Part shown: one piece after another, positions 52,179 to 64,000 of the stretch | How the letters are laid out: every line of letters begins with the position of its first letter | Numbering within the stretch: position 1 is the stretch's first letter | Assembly (NCBI GenBank): GCA_000320545.1 | Contig: ADNK01002546.1 | Coordinates: 1 to 64,000 of the forward strand | DNA: 64,000 nucleotides | Direction: 5' to 3' | Source: Bigelowiella natans CCMP2755 | Taxonomy: Eukaryota; Protista; Cercozoa | The notes under the pieces: generated by a model | Told to the model about the DNA's origin: nothing | Seen by the model: only the letters and a program-made list of their open reading frames with translations | Database searches by the model: none | Made by a program: the position numbers and the translations under genes

Positions 52179-52427
52179 TTTTGTATGCACGCCTTTTATA
52201 TTTTCGAACGGACGTGTGCTGTGCCCGAATTCCCCCGGTGTTTGCCTCTCACACAAAAGTAGAGCTCTATAAACGGGGCAAACACACGCGTATATGCACG
52301 CTGGGGGAGCGGCAGAGGAGAGCCTCAACTGAGCAGAAAAACTACCGATGCCATCACTTGCCGGCAATGCGTTTCGCTATTAATAACGAATTTATCAAGT
52401 GATATTCAAACAACCTCTATATTTATT

Positions 52428-52461
<34 letters not shown>

Positions 52462-53172
52462 GTTTATATCTCGAAATTTCCTGACGATATTTGTACACCA
52501 TAAAAACTCATATTGAAAAACATACGAAAAGGCGAAATATCAAGGCCAATGGGGAAGTGTTTGCTACTGTAAGAAATGAGAATGAAAATCACCGTTGAAG
52601 AATGACTAACGATTTCATGCCGATGCCTTTCGGAGAAGATGATGAATGTTTAAGTTGCCAAGAGACGTTGGCGAGCATTGTTACTGCTTCAACAAACCCT
52701 CAAATAACTATTTTGTATTTAATATGTCTGATCGCATACGTAATTGATGATGACTATGCGGTACTCTATCCTAACAGCTTTGCAGTTTTCTCGCAGATGT
52801 GCGCTGAGATATTCCAATGAAGTTTGTGTGTATTTCTCTCTCACATCAGCTGGCATGGGATCAAATGTGGCCTCAGTAATGTGTCGCTCAGTTGGTGCGT
52901 GAATGCGGCGCCTAATACTCAACAACATGCTGCCTACAGCACCAGCCATTCATGCAAATGAACACGAATACAACACATGCAGCAGCTCGAATGATGACAC
53001 CATTCTCTCTTCTAACCAGGTCTAGAAGGCAATAGTTGGGCGTCGTATTCTTACTCCTGTAATGACTGTAGAAGAGTAGAGAGATCAGTGCTGTCAGAAT
53101 TAAAAACACAATCAGAAATCCGTCGCCACACAAGACAATGCTCATCCGTGTACAGTTCGTCAAAGTTATATA

Positions 53173-53212
<40 letters not shown>

Positions 53213-54089
53213 TGTCCTAATTGTAATTTGTATAGTCTATCGTTAGAACTCTAGCTTGCCACCAGTACTTTTATGCTTTTTGCCGTGCGTCGCACGTCCA
53301 ACAGATTCGATCGCCAACGCATCTCGATTCAGCTACATGGATGTTGTCTGTAGCGGGTACTCGTCGCCCCAACCTTATCCCGTGTTGTGTATTGACGAAT
53401 AGACGTCTAAACCACTTTGCATATCACGAATGTCTCTCTCATTACGATTCGAGTCTGTTGCGCAAAGACCAATCCAATTCCTCATGTAACGTTTTTGGTG
53501 CGTTTGAAGACTTGAGAATGACCTCGGTGGCTGCTCGAAAATCCCGGTGGACAGCTCGAGCTGGAGCTCAAGCGTAATTCAATTTTATCCCAATGGAAAT
53601 CATTGGCTGTTTTTAACATCTCCTTCGTTCTTTGTTCCAAAGATCGGAATTGCTTTTTTTGTGTGCTAGTAGTGTATTGACACGAATGATTTGGTTTAAT
53701 ATTTAAAACGCAACACACAGAGCTGCTCAGTTCCGCAATCCAATAGCGTATCGGTCGCTTGTGAAGGTGTGCGGAATACGCAGCACAAAGAGAAGCATTT
53801 ACTACATCCGAGCATCTTCTTTTAGCATTAAGCTCTGATGCAATTCTTTCTCATCTTGCATTGTTTAGAACCTCTCAATATCACCTTCCGTCTCCAATAT
53901 GGTGGAAATTCCGGTAAGAATCGAGATTGTTTTCAAGTGCAAGAATTGTTGCGTTTCGAGTAGATTTGAATTCTAATGAAAAGGGATTAGTGAGCAATCA
54001 CGTAGGACGCGTGTGTTTTTGGTTGTTACGCCGTCAGTTATGTAATGGTGTTAAAAAATACCATATATGAATATCAATAACATACCAAC

Positions 54090-54173
<84 letters not shown>

Positions 54174-55241
54174 ACACTAAGGTGAATTTTGTACATTTTA
54201 GAATATGCTTCTTGCAAATCACACGCATAAGCGTTCCATCGTTATCGTGTAACTTGAATTTGATTCGAATTATCTTGCGTCCAGGGACCTTACTAGCAAC
54301 CGTCAATGGGCAGGAAGGGTGCTTTTAACAACAACATGGACACACTCCCCACCCAACAAGAATATGATGACACAGTTCCAAACCTGAAAAAAACTGAGAT
54401 TTCGATTGGACGGCTCTTGTTAAATGATGCATAAGTCGCCTCTACACAGCGATCGCCATTGATCGGAGGCAGCTGTTAGTTCGAAACGCACTGTTTGCAT
54501 ATAAAACGTCCTTGTGCGACGCCTTTGTGGATATTGCTACTTATATGTGCGTCAATGCCTTTGTTCGCCTTACATTTCGCCGCTATCATCCGTGTCAATT
54601 TTGTCCCCCAACGGACTCTGATATTTCGATAACACAGATACGTTTGCGACGACTTCTTTGATTCTTCCTCGGTACGTACTGCCCCAAAGAAAACCGCCGC
54701 TCGATGCTGCTGTTGGTGCCCGACAGCCTTGCTCTAGATTCGCATCCACCGAGCTCACACGCGCATGCTCAATTGGTTTCGTATATCGAAGTCGCAGGAT
54801 TAATGTTTGTAATTTTATCAGGCTGCTGTAGTGTGTCGCAGCATGGGATTGCCATGGTCAATGCCCATATGTACTTCTTACCGCACCCGTCGCAACGCCG
54901 TGTTTTTCCCCGGGGGAATTGGATATTCAGACCCCCCCCCCCCCCTTCTTCCCCTCGACGGGAAATATTTTAGTCTTAGCGTGTTTGCAATCCAGCGCGA
55001 GCGATCGATGGTGATAGAATGAGACTTCAGCAATTTGTAGGCTTCTATCTTGTTGATTTGAGATCATTGCCCCTTTTCAGGCAAAATGCACGCGAATACG
55101 ACGTCACAGCATATTCTTAGTAAGTTTCTGAGAGAATTCTTCATGTTAAAGCTATCTTAGTTCAATTTTAGGCCTTTGATGTTTGGTTTGTTTGGCACTA
55201 CCACAAATTCTTTTCGCGAGATTTTTCATGCGAATATATAC

Positions 55242-55280
<39 letters not shown>

Positions 55281-55737
55281 TATTTATATTTCAATATATG
55301 TAACATTTCGACGAGAAAGCCAGTGAGATAAGGAAGAGGGGGGGTAGAAGGGCTCGAGAGAGGAGGGGGGGTATGAATTGAAGAAGTGAAAGGCAACTGT
55401 GAGCACACACTTGGATGCATTTGCAGATTGACTTGCTTCTCTTGCACTATTGCTTTGTGTTTTTTCACACTATCATTCATCCAAATGAGTCATGTGCGAC
55501 TCTCAAATGCAGCAATGAACCTCACTGCTACTGTGCGTTCTACACAGCCCCTTTGTGCTCGATGATGTTCAGTGTACAGGACGCGAGTCGCAGTTTAAGC
55601 AATGTAATATGCGAAATTGGTGGGTGTGTTATCCGTACGTGTACATTGCTCGAGGAAGGCCACAGTCGCACACGCACGTGCACTTACACTCATATGTAGA
55701 GGAAACAGATATTTTTTAAATATATGTTATATATTTT

Positions 55738-55773
<36 letters not shown>

Positions 55774-55895
55774 AATTTATTGGTTATATATTTGCAATAT
55801 GTTTACATATATTATCCCAGGTTCATATTCTAGGGTACATAACTGCTATTCAGCCGAGGGTAGGCCGAGTTCTTTTGTTCCAATACGATATATAG

Positions 55896-55937
<42 letters not shown>

Positions 55938-56394
55938 TTGTGTGTGTGTGTAAGAGAGAGAGTCTTTCATATTAGAGATCAGTTCCAATTTACCTACGGT
56001 TTTGAGAATTGCTTTCGTACACCGCAGTGGTGGGATTGACCTGCTCCAATTCTACGAGTGGAGGGGGGGGGGGGAGCTCCAGTTATACGTCATCTGGAGT
56101 GAATATGGGTTTGGATATATAAAATAATTACTTCAAGTGTGACGATGCAAGAGATGTATTCTGCTAGCTTTGTGCTCGTTCTCTCGCTATCTCCTCCCCC
56201 GGCCCCCCCTCTGCTCTTTGTATTGCATAATGAATTCTTGCGTCTGGCTGCTCGTCTGGTAGCAGTGTGGACGTTGTGATGACGCGAATTCCCTTTCTGA
56301 TTTTACAAATCTACGTGATCTCAGATGCACTACTTGCCTTTGGAATCATCATACCCGTTTGCCTCTTTGGAGCGTATTTTGTGTGGTAATATAA

Positions 56395-56429
<35 letters not shown>

Positions 56430-58329
56430 ATTATATGCATTGAATGCATGTTTGTATAAAGTGTATGATTGCATTGAATATACTGCGGTTGCATACACTG
56501 GTGGCATTTATTTGGGAACCCTGACCGAATATTAGCATATTATGATTATATAGTATATATATATATAAATATATATATATATATTGGTGTGTGTGTGTGT
56601 GTTTGTGTGTGTTAAGATCTAGATTTATGCGTATTGCGCTCATACCCTCGTGTATGCTTTCGGTGTACCTATGTTTGGTTTGTGAAGTTAAGGCTTTGAT
56701 TTTCAACTTTTAGGAAACGCTGGAAACAAGGGCAAGAGACCGGTATTTAGAAGTAAATCTGCATGCATGTGGCGTGGTCTTTCCTCTAACTAGCTAGCTG
56801 GGGGTGTGACGTGGGCAATTTGCTGATTTCGACGGCGACTCGTATTCAGGCCAACGAAACAATGCAATTCGAATGGGTGGCACCAGCCCTGCGCCAGCTG
56901 TTAGGTTGTAAAGCGCGTTATTTTGAATTGAAATGAGGAGATTTCAATGTGCTGACATGGACGTCGCAATGCAATGCTCCTGGGGCCTTCATTGTCTAAC
57001 TCGCTGCCCTAACGCAGGCTGAGAAATTCCGTGTCAGTTGAGCAAAAAGCAAGGGTGGAGTTCCAACAGCCGAAACCCCAACGGATCCCGGTGACGCAAT
57101 TTTGATGCACCAAAGCGAGATTTTCAATGAAGTTTGGGATGAATTGCTTACTCTCCCTTATAGAAGCGCGTTTTTTTACTTGCTCTGCGTGCTGGCTTTG
57201 AGTTGAGTCCGGGTATGAATATCGCTGTTTTTTGTTGTTGTGGGATGATGCGGCAGGTGGCACAGCCTGTCATTCCGACTGCTCAAGTGGTAGTGATAGT
57301 CCGCATAGACACTTCTTTCTCGCACCCTTTTTCGCAACCGTAATGAACTTCTCGCCACTGCATTGCTGGCGTTTCTGGATAGATGCTTGAGTCACAGATA
57401 TTCCGACATTGCGTTTCTTTGTACACGACTAGGAGAAGTAATGAATTGCTTGACATAATTATCTGCTGTAGATATCCTCAGGAGGGCAGCCTATTCCTAC
57501 GGCACAAGTGGTAATTAACCGAATACGTGCGTGTTCTTAATCTTTTCTCCACGCATAGTTGGCCCATAGTTATGGATGTGCTCGAAACGCAGTGTGGTCC
57601 TACGATGGTTCCTTGCATAGGAAAGAAATGGAAGTGTAGATTTTTCTCTGTTGATGTTTTCGACATGCGAGTATGTTCTTGCGAGTTTGTTTTGTTGGAG
57701 GTTCTCGCGTGCTTTGACACGGTTCTATGATGGTAGGTGTCTGCACAAGGAGGTTATCCCGTTGCGCAACCACAGCACCCAGTAGCTCAGCCGGTTTATC
57801 ACGTAATATGAATTAATACTGAGTAGACTATGTTTCAAACATGTATGTGTGCGCCTTTGTGTGAGCGTGAGAGTGAGTGTGTGAGTGCTCGCGCTATGGT
57901 ATACTAGCGATGTATTATTCATTCCATGGAAAAACCGTAAAATTTTAATTTTTGATCGTATTTGATGTCTATCGATAACGGCACACTCTTCGAAAATAGC
58001 GGATTTCGTACAATCTTCACAATAGCCTAGGGAAGTATCATATCATGAGGAAATGTCCAAACGTGAGCGCGAGAACTCATATGTCCACGCGCTGTTTTGT
58101 GCATATATACTATCACAGCAACCTCTACCAGGATATTCGTCGCAGAATGCGGGATTAGGATACCCTAGTGCGCCACCAGCATATCAAGAGCAAGCCCCTC
58201 CGGCCTACTATGCGGTTGGTTGCTATTTCTTGCTTATCGTTTCTACATTTTCCGTGTACCCTTAACTCGCCAGAGCTCATTTCTGTGCAATGTGCGGTTT
58301 CGCAGGACGCCGATGAAAATCCAGAATAG
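51417..58329 (+). CDS. Type I membrane protein: signal peptide, PT/PS repeats, SRCR (scavenger receptor cysteine-rich) domain, TM helix, PPxY-bearing tail
   Basis: MELSAVTLLLQLN|VALATPYPTSYPTRFPSLYPS.... The SRCR is split over exons GTLLATVNGQEG|YVCDDFFDSSS|AAVVCRSMGLPW|...PFVLDDVQCTGRESQFKQ|CSYSRVHNCYSAE|VGLTC (54286-56057). TM is ALLAFGIIIPVCLFG, and the tail is YPSAPPAYQEQAPPAYYA|DADENPE*. Confidence 0.82.
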
Positions 58330-58769
58330 GCTTGTCCAAGCTATGAAGAACTTGCAAGAACTCGTTTTCCACCCTTTGAAAGGAGAGTTGAGTTGGATTT
58401 TTTTTGAGTCGATCTCGTCTCCGCTGCGATTTGTCGCGGCCATCTCCGCATCATCATCTGCATGACCTTGTCATTTGCGGTAGTAAAGCGGTGTTCACCA
58501 ACAGCCTTGTCGCGATCAATCATGCCGTCGATAGCGACTTCGACCCGAAACGCCTTTCCAAATGGCCCCTCCCCAAGGTCGTATTTGATTTACGAGAGAG
58601 CGCACAGTGATGCACAGGTTGAGCTAATGGATAGAAGAGCATACTGCAAGTTCCACAGATTAAAGCCTCAGTTTTGCATGATAGACATGCAATATGTTAT
58701 ATATATTTATTCGCGTAAATGAGTACGTGCACACATGCATCATACTATAATACAATCTAGTATGATGAG

Positions 58770-59220
58770 TGCTGCTATATCTTTCGCAATGCACACATGT
58801 TGGCTTTATTCTACATGTACGTGTCTGTTTGCTCGATCTCCCTCCGCGGAAGCAGCAGATGCACCACACTTGCTGTGAAATTCATCACACTAAGTGTTTC
58901 TTTAGAACGTGTTGATTGTGCATCACATGATGCATGAGAGCATGCAGCACTCTAATACTTACGTTTGCACACACGCATGACTGCTGCTACATCTTTGTTC
59001 GCAATGTGCTTTCTACTTGAACATTTCTGTTTGCTCTCCTGTTCCGTGGAAACAGCAGAGGCGTCGCACTATTGTCCTCACTGCGTTGGGCTGCATTGCT
59101 AGAATGCCTGTCACCAAACAAAATTCATCACACCGAGTGTTTTTCCAGAGCACATAATGACTGCGCTAGCTAGACTGTGCGTTATTTGCTCTACATTAGC
59201 ATGCGAGCATGCAGCGCGCA
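58770..59220 (+). repeat. Degenerate ~210-240 bp tandem duplication in convergent intergenic spacer
   Basis: Shared blocks TGCTGCTAYATCTTT (58770/58982), TCTGTTTGCTC, CAGCAGA, AAATTCATCACAC (58878/59121) and GAGCATGCAGC. Confidence 0.75.
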
Positions 59221-59508
59221 CTTCAGCGTTGAATGACAGACAAGCATTAGTATTTTATTTTTGCGATGATCATAGCAGGCACCACGAAGACGCACAATAA
59301 ATTTGTCCTGAGCAGTGATGTGTCAATATGCGGCAGTTTCTACTCATACAGGATTCACAATCGCGAAGCAAAAAAGCAAGAACTGAGCACGGTGTTTTGA
59401 TGACAATCCATACAACTGCATCGCTATGCGAGCACATCCGGACATTCATGCGGCTTATGTGGGAAAGAATTCCCTTGGCGCCTACTGGTTCAAATATTTA
59501 CATGCATG

Positions 59509-59991
59509 CTACGCCAAAGACGTGCGCCCCGTACTGATCTGCGATCGGACGCTATTCCTCAATCCAAAGAAAACCCGCACTTCGTCGGCCGTGTTTGCCT
59601 AGAGCGCCATCTTCAACTTCTGTGGTAATAGAGCTATTAAGCAAAATAGCTGTGCATCGAATGTAGTAGAACACTTATTCCGTAATCTCAGCGCTTACGC
59701 ACTTGCACAAACAACACACACACACACACGCACATGACCTAGACAGTAGTATGCATAGGCTGTGCTCACTAACGCGCACATCGCTCTTGTGCTAACGTAA
59801 GCGGACATGTCTACACTTGTGAAGATGACCAACGGGCAAAAGCATGTTATCAATCAAGCACCTCAAACTCCTCTATCTTGCTCCGAATTCGACTTACAAT
59901 TGGATCTAAGCTGCATCCTATGACCCCGAGCAATAAAACAACAATAAGTCCATCAAGGCAAAATCGCACATAAAAGATAAGTATATAATAA

Positions 59992-60028
<37 letters not shown>

Positions 60029-62907
60029 AATATATGTTATATTTATATATATACATATATTACATAGCATAATACATAAAATGTAATCGAATGATACTAG
60101 GAATGGAGCTGAATCAAACAGCAACCTTCCATTTCAGACGATGCTTTTCGAAAAGGAAAAAAACAATGAGATAACCGATCTACCCCCCCCCCCCCCCCCC
60201 CCCCCCTTCCTATTCACAATGCGAGACGCACGCCAAACAAATGACATCTCAATCGTACGTCTCGCACTATACACAGGAGGTGTGGGAAGGGAGTTAATCT
60301 CAATATTTTCCTTCAAAAAAAAAATCGTCTGAATTTGATGAAGTTTGCTGCGCCTAACAAATCCAACGGGGAGGAGAAAATCAGTGCGCCTATGCGCGAG
60401 TTCTAGTCGTGTTGTCTTCCTCACCAATCCCCCACTCTCTCAGCGCCATCTTTAGCAATCGCTGATAGATGTAATACGCAGGAAGATCCTATTCATATAG
60501 GGTTCAGGGAGGAGCAATCAATGTTAATCAATGGAGTCAAACAAAATGCGACGCGCTTCGTAATTCGTCATTACGTCTTTTTTGGCGGCAGTGCGGAGTT
60601 GCGCAATGACCATGAGCTTCCTAATCTTCAACCTAAAAAGCAAAAACGCGAAAAACCGTTAAGACCGTTTCAGATTCACTCTGCCCTCCAAAAGCGATAT
60701 CAATGCCAATCCCAGCTTTGGTTGCACAGCGCATGCATCCCGGCATTGCGTTAATGGGCCGAAATGCGTCGAGAGCATTACCGGAACGGTGTGTCCTCAA
60801 TAGCCGGCAGCTGTGCAAAAGCAGCAATTTTGTCGTTACAACGTGAATAATGGCACACGCGTGCGCGCCAACATCCATGCATTTGCAAAGCGCAAACTTT
60901 CGAACACGAAGAAGTCTGCTGTACTACTGGTTTTGATTGAAGGCCGGCCGTTTTCTTTTTCCCCGTCGCCTTCGCCGTCGCCCTCGATTTCTCCTGCGCG
61001 ACAACAACGCGTATCATCCACCGAGAGCTGCTGTGCCAAAGAAACGAAGAAAGAAAAGAGAGAGAAGGCCCCGAGGGGGAGAGATCGGCGATTCGAATAA
61101 AAGCAAACTTTCAAAGATGCTGCGCGAGGCCTCTCGTCAGCCCTTGTCTTCTTCGTGATGTTTCCGTCCTACCGAAACCAAACGGGCAAAGCATTTCCAA
61201 AAGTCAATGCGGCTCGTGAAATGGGAAGGGGAGGGGGGACGGAGGGAGGGGGGGGATTATGAGAACTGTGACCGACAACGACCGAAAAGGGGTACTGTTT
61301 TTCGATTCTTATGCTGTAGCTTTGATTGGCTCGCTCGTGTGTTTTACTTTTAGACTCCGTTTAAACTACACCTTATACACACGCCCCAAACTGTCCTCTA
61401 GCTCCACATCGATGGCAGAACCCTGCGAGCATTTATGCGGTGAGGAGGAGGTTTGCTACCTCATTTTTCGTCTGTCGTGGAGAGAGGGGGGGGGGGGGGG
61501 GGGGTTCCAAGCGATGCGTATGGAAATGAGGAAATACCTTTGACAGAATGGAGATATTGTTTCTTCGTGAGGCGCAATGACCGCATATCATGTACCTTGG
61601 TAACGACAATCTTCTCAGGATGATGATGACTACTACGACTACGATGGTGATGATGATGATGATGATGACGATGATGATGAAAATGTATAACTTCATATAT
61701 AAATCATATGTATATTTTGTGTATACACATAAAGAAACATATATACATCTCAAACGCTATTCGCGGGGCTCTATATGCGCTGGTGATGGATATATTACAT
61801 AAAGCTATTGGCTCGTGCCCATTTCGGCGTTTGCGGAGTTGATTCAGGATCAGAAAGATGCGTCGCGGATTCGAACGGATTCTATAATATTTATATTTAT
61901 ATATATATATATATATATATATTTATTTATAATACAATACATTTATAGATTATACATATGTGTAGTGGTTTCGATATTGGCGCTGAAACATATCCTAGCA
62001 CACACCTAGCAGCATGGCTAGATAAAATCAGCTCTAGTTTGAAACATGCAGGGATAGATGCTCACATACTGGAAAAGGCAGCATATCGAAGTTAGCTCCA
62101 AGAACCAAAGCTTGCACCTTAGGCGATGTTTTTCAGAGAAAATAAACAATCGAGGCGAGCAGAGGCAATTGCAAAGAAAATAACCCTGGCACCCGCGTGT
62201 AGCAGATACAACAATGATTCGTAACAGTTTCGGCACATGTCGCAGCTTATTATATTCCATGCGTTGTAGAATTGGATTGCAGCAATTTCCAGCAAGCGAA
62301 CCGACACTTACTTTGAACTCCCCGACCAGATCCGCATAGTCATTTGCGCACGTAAACAAACATCTAGGTTGCAAGAGTAACTTCAAAAACTATTGTTTTT
62401 CCCTCCCCCCCCCCCAATTCTCTTATATACTATACTATACTACACGGCTCTAGAGGCGGACTGCCAAAGCAATAGCTAACAAATTGCCAGAACAACAATT
62501 AACAAATTGCCACGAGGTAGAGCAATCATCTATATCGTTCCTACCTGAACTTCTTGTCGCTCAGGTATCTCAGGTCAGCCATCCACTCCTCCAGCAACCT
62601 AGCAATACGCACACAACGTCTGTTCTCGATGCGTTTGACAGCGCCCTTACATGCCAAGGCTGGCACAGACACACCGTGATAACATGAGCAAATACAACAA
62701 AAAACCCATCGGTAACAACACTACACCTTTTGTCTTTTGACTCCACGAAGTTCCCGTACCCAGTATTGAACCCCACGATGAGGGTGTTTTCGGGGAGAAT
62801 CTCCCTTTTTTACCAGGGCAATAATACAGAGTGCTCATTATTAGTATCTGTATTGGTGCGCTATACAAATAAATAATAGGTATATTTTATATCTGTTAAT
62901 ATAATCA

Positions 62908-62945
<38 letters not shown>

Positions 62946-63849
62946 TAATATATATATATATAATATTGTTTATGTGTGTCTGAATTCACAGTTGTTTTCT
63001 CAAGTATCAAGTATTGTTTTGCCGATGATTTTTCACCATCGAGAGATAGAACAATATTGCTATCTCAGTTCTCAATATGCAAAAATCTGACTAATATTAA
63101 CCTTTGCCGCTGTCGCAAGAAGGACCCTGTCGTTGATTTCGTCAATGAAACAACAGAGAAACCGGACGTTTTCTTGCCGCTTTTCGGCTAAGAGGGGGGA
63201 GGGGGGGGTTGATGGTTCCAAATGCGTATAAATCTTAACTTCCATGAATATCTAATGTGTGCGAGCGCGCGTATGTGTACAACTTTACAGATTTAGACAT
63301 TTACTGATATAGGATAGCCATAAAGCAGCGTTTGAGGTAACGAAAGGCATAAAACATTCAAAACGCTCTTATGCAGATGCCGATCACTCACGCCTATACC
63401 TTATCCTCAAACGTCGTAGGATGAGCAGGCAAGACCAATGGCGGAACCTGATAGCATATCCTTGCTTAAACTCGTTTCGCGCACCTTTTCCATAAGAATC
63501 GATCGATGCTTAGTTTTTGGGGAAAACACGTCGAAATGGATGGTGGGGAACAAGCACGCTCTGCGTGTGTCCATGTAGAAGAGGGTGGCGCGCTCTTGAT
63601 CCACCTCTTTGATGACAGGCTTCCGGAGCGCATGGCTGGGGGACCCTGTAACGATTAGCGACACCGAGCTGTTTATATCAAACCACCGGCCCTTTTCACT
63701 GCGCGACACAATGCGAGATTTGTACTGACCGGACTTAAACTTTCGAATCTCCACAGTGGAAAAACGCACGTGCTTCTGAACCGTGAGAAGTCAGTCAGAA
63801 GGCGCTTTACGCATCGCGGGGAGTGATCAGCAGCCCCTTCGCTTGCCCG

Positions 63850-63884
<35 letters not shown>

Positions 63885-64000
63885 GCACACATAGACACGC
63901 AAATACACTTTACACGCCTAAAGCAGCATTCTAAAGCTGTAGCCTCTAAGTCTACGATATTCCACGTTTAAATGTAGCTGCACGCCACCGCTCAGGGCAT
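59509..64000 (-). CDS. Spliced gene, 5' end likely outside window; MSS51/ZMYND15 C-terminal-like domain protein
   Basis: Exons ENTLIVGFNTGYGNF (~62726-62803), LRYLSDKKF, CLFTCANDYADLVGEFK (~62312-62363), VQALVLGANF and NPFESATH...WARAN reproduce the FN.G / FT..N / NPF motif order of that domain. The last exon is ...TGRTSLA*. Confidence 0.6.

Larger units (their letters stand above)
4186..63900. repeat. Dispersed simple sequence repeats: dozens of (TA)n, (CA/TG)n, (GA/TC)n and poly-G/C tracts, nearly all intronic
   Basis: Directly visible, e.g. 4188-4217, 7960-7990, 22060-22215, 26458-26556, 60183-60206. Confidence 0.95.

Noticed and set aside
52602-52665. Peptide GEDDECLSCQ resembling a ribonucleotide reductase alpha C-terminus
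   Set aside because: No stop after CQ and no upstream RNR homology; lies inside the SRCR gene span; likely chance.
4152-63971. Most short ORFs in the six-frame track (YIYI, CVCV, LSLS, ERER, THTH peptides)
   Set aside because: Translations of intronic microsatellites and chance frames; the real coding sequence is split into micro-exons.
1-64000. tRNA/rRNA/snRNA genes
   Set aside because: None recognized by eye; a covariance-model scan (tRNAscan-SE, Infernal/Rfam) would be needed to exclude them.

Overview
Eukaryotic nuclear DNA from an intron-dense protist. The micro-exons, (TA)n/(CA)n/(GA)n-filled introns and PT-repeat surface protein are compatible with a chlorarachniophyte-like genome, but the taxon is an inference. 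The window opens with the 3' part of a rearranged Ty3/Gypsy LTR retrotransposon: RT start, integrase, a degenerate adenine-methyltransferase-like tail, PPT and 3' LTR. A ~1 kb tract almost devoid of the dinucleotide TA follows. About eight genes then occur in strictly alternating orientation: a multipass membrane protein (+), a CxFxPxI-repeat coiled-coil protein (-), a CPA2/KEA-TMCO3-like cation/H+ antiporter (+), a DH-PH RhoGEF (-), an unknown low-complexity protein (+), an intronless ubiquitin-like fusion (-), an SRCR-domain type I membrane protein (+) and an MSS51-C-like protein (-, partial). Exons were assembled by eye, so gene ends are approximate. The most striking unexplained signal is a localized TA->TG/CA (A:T->G:C) mutational footprint. 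It is near-complete beside the retrotransposon and partial, with CTAG spared or enriched, in all four convergent (tail-to-tail) spacers. It is not evident in the divergent promoter spacers or most introns. This suggests a targeted, RIP-like adenine-editing process.
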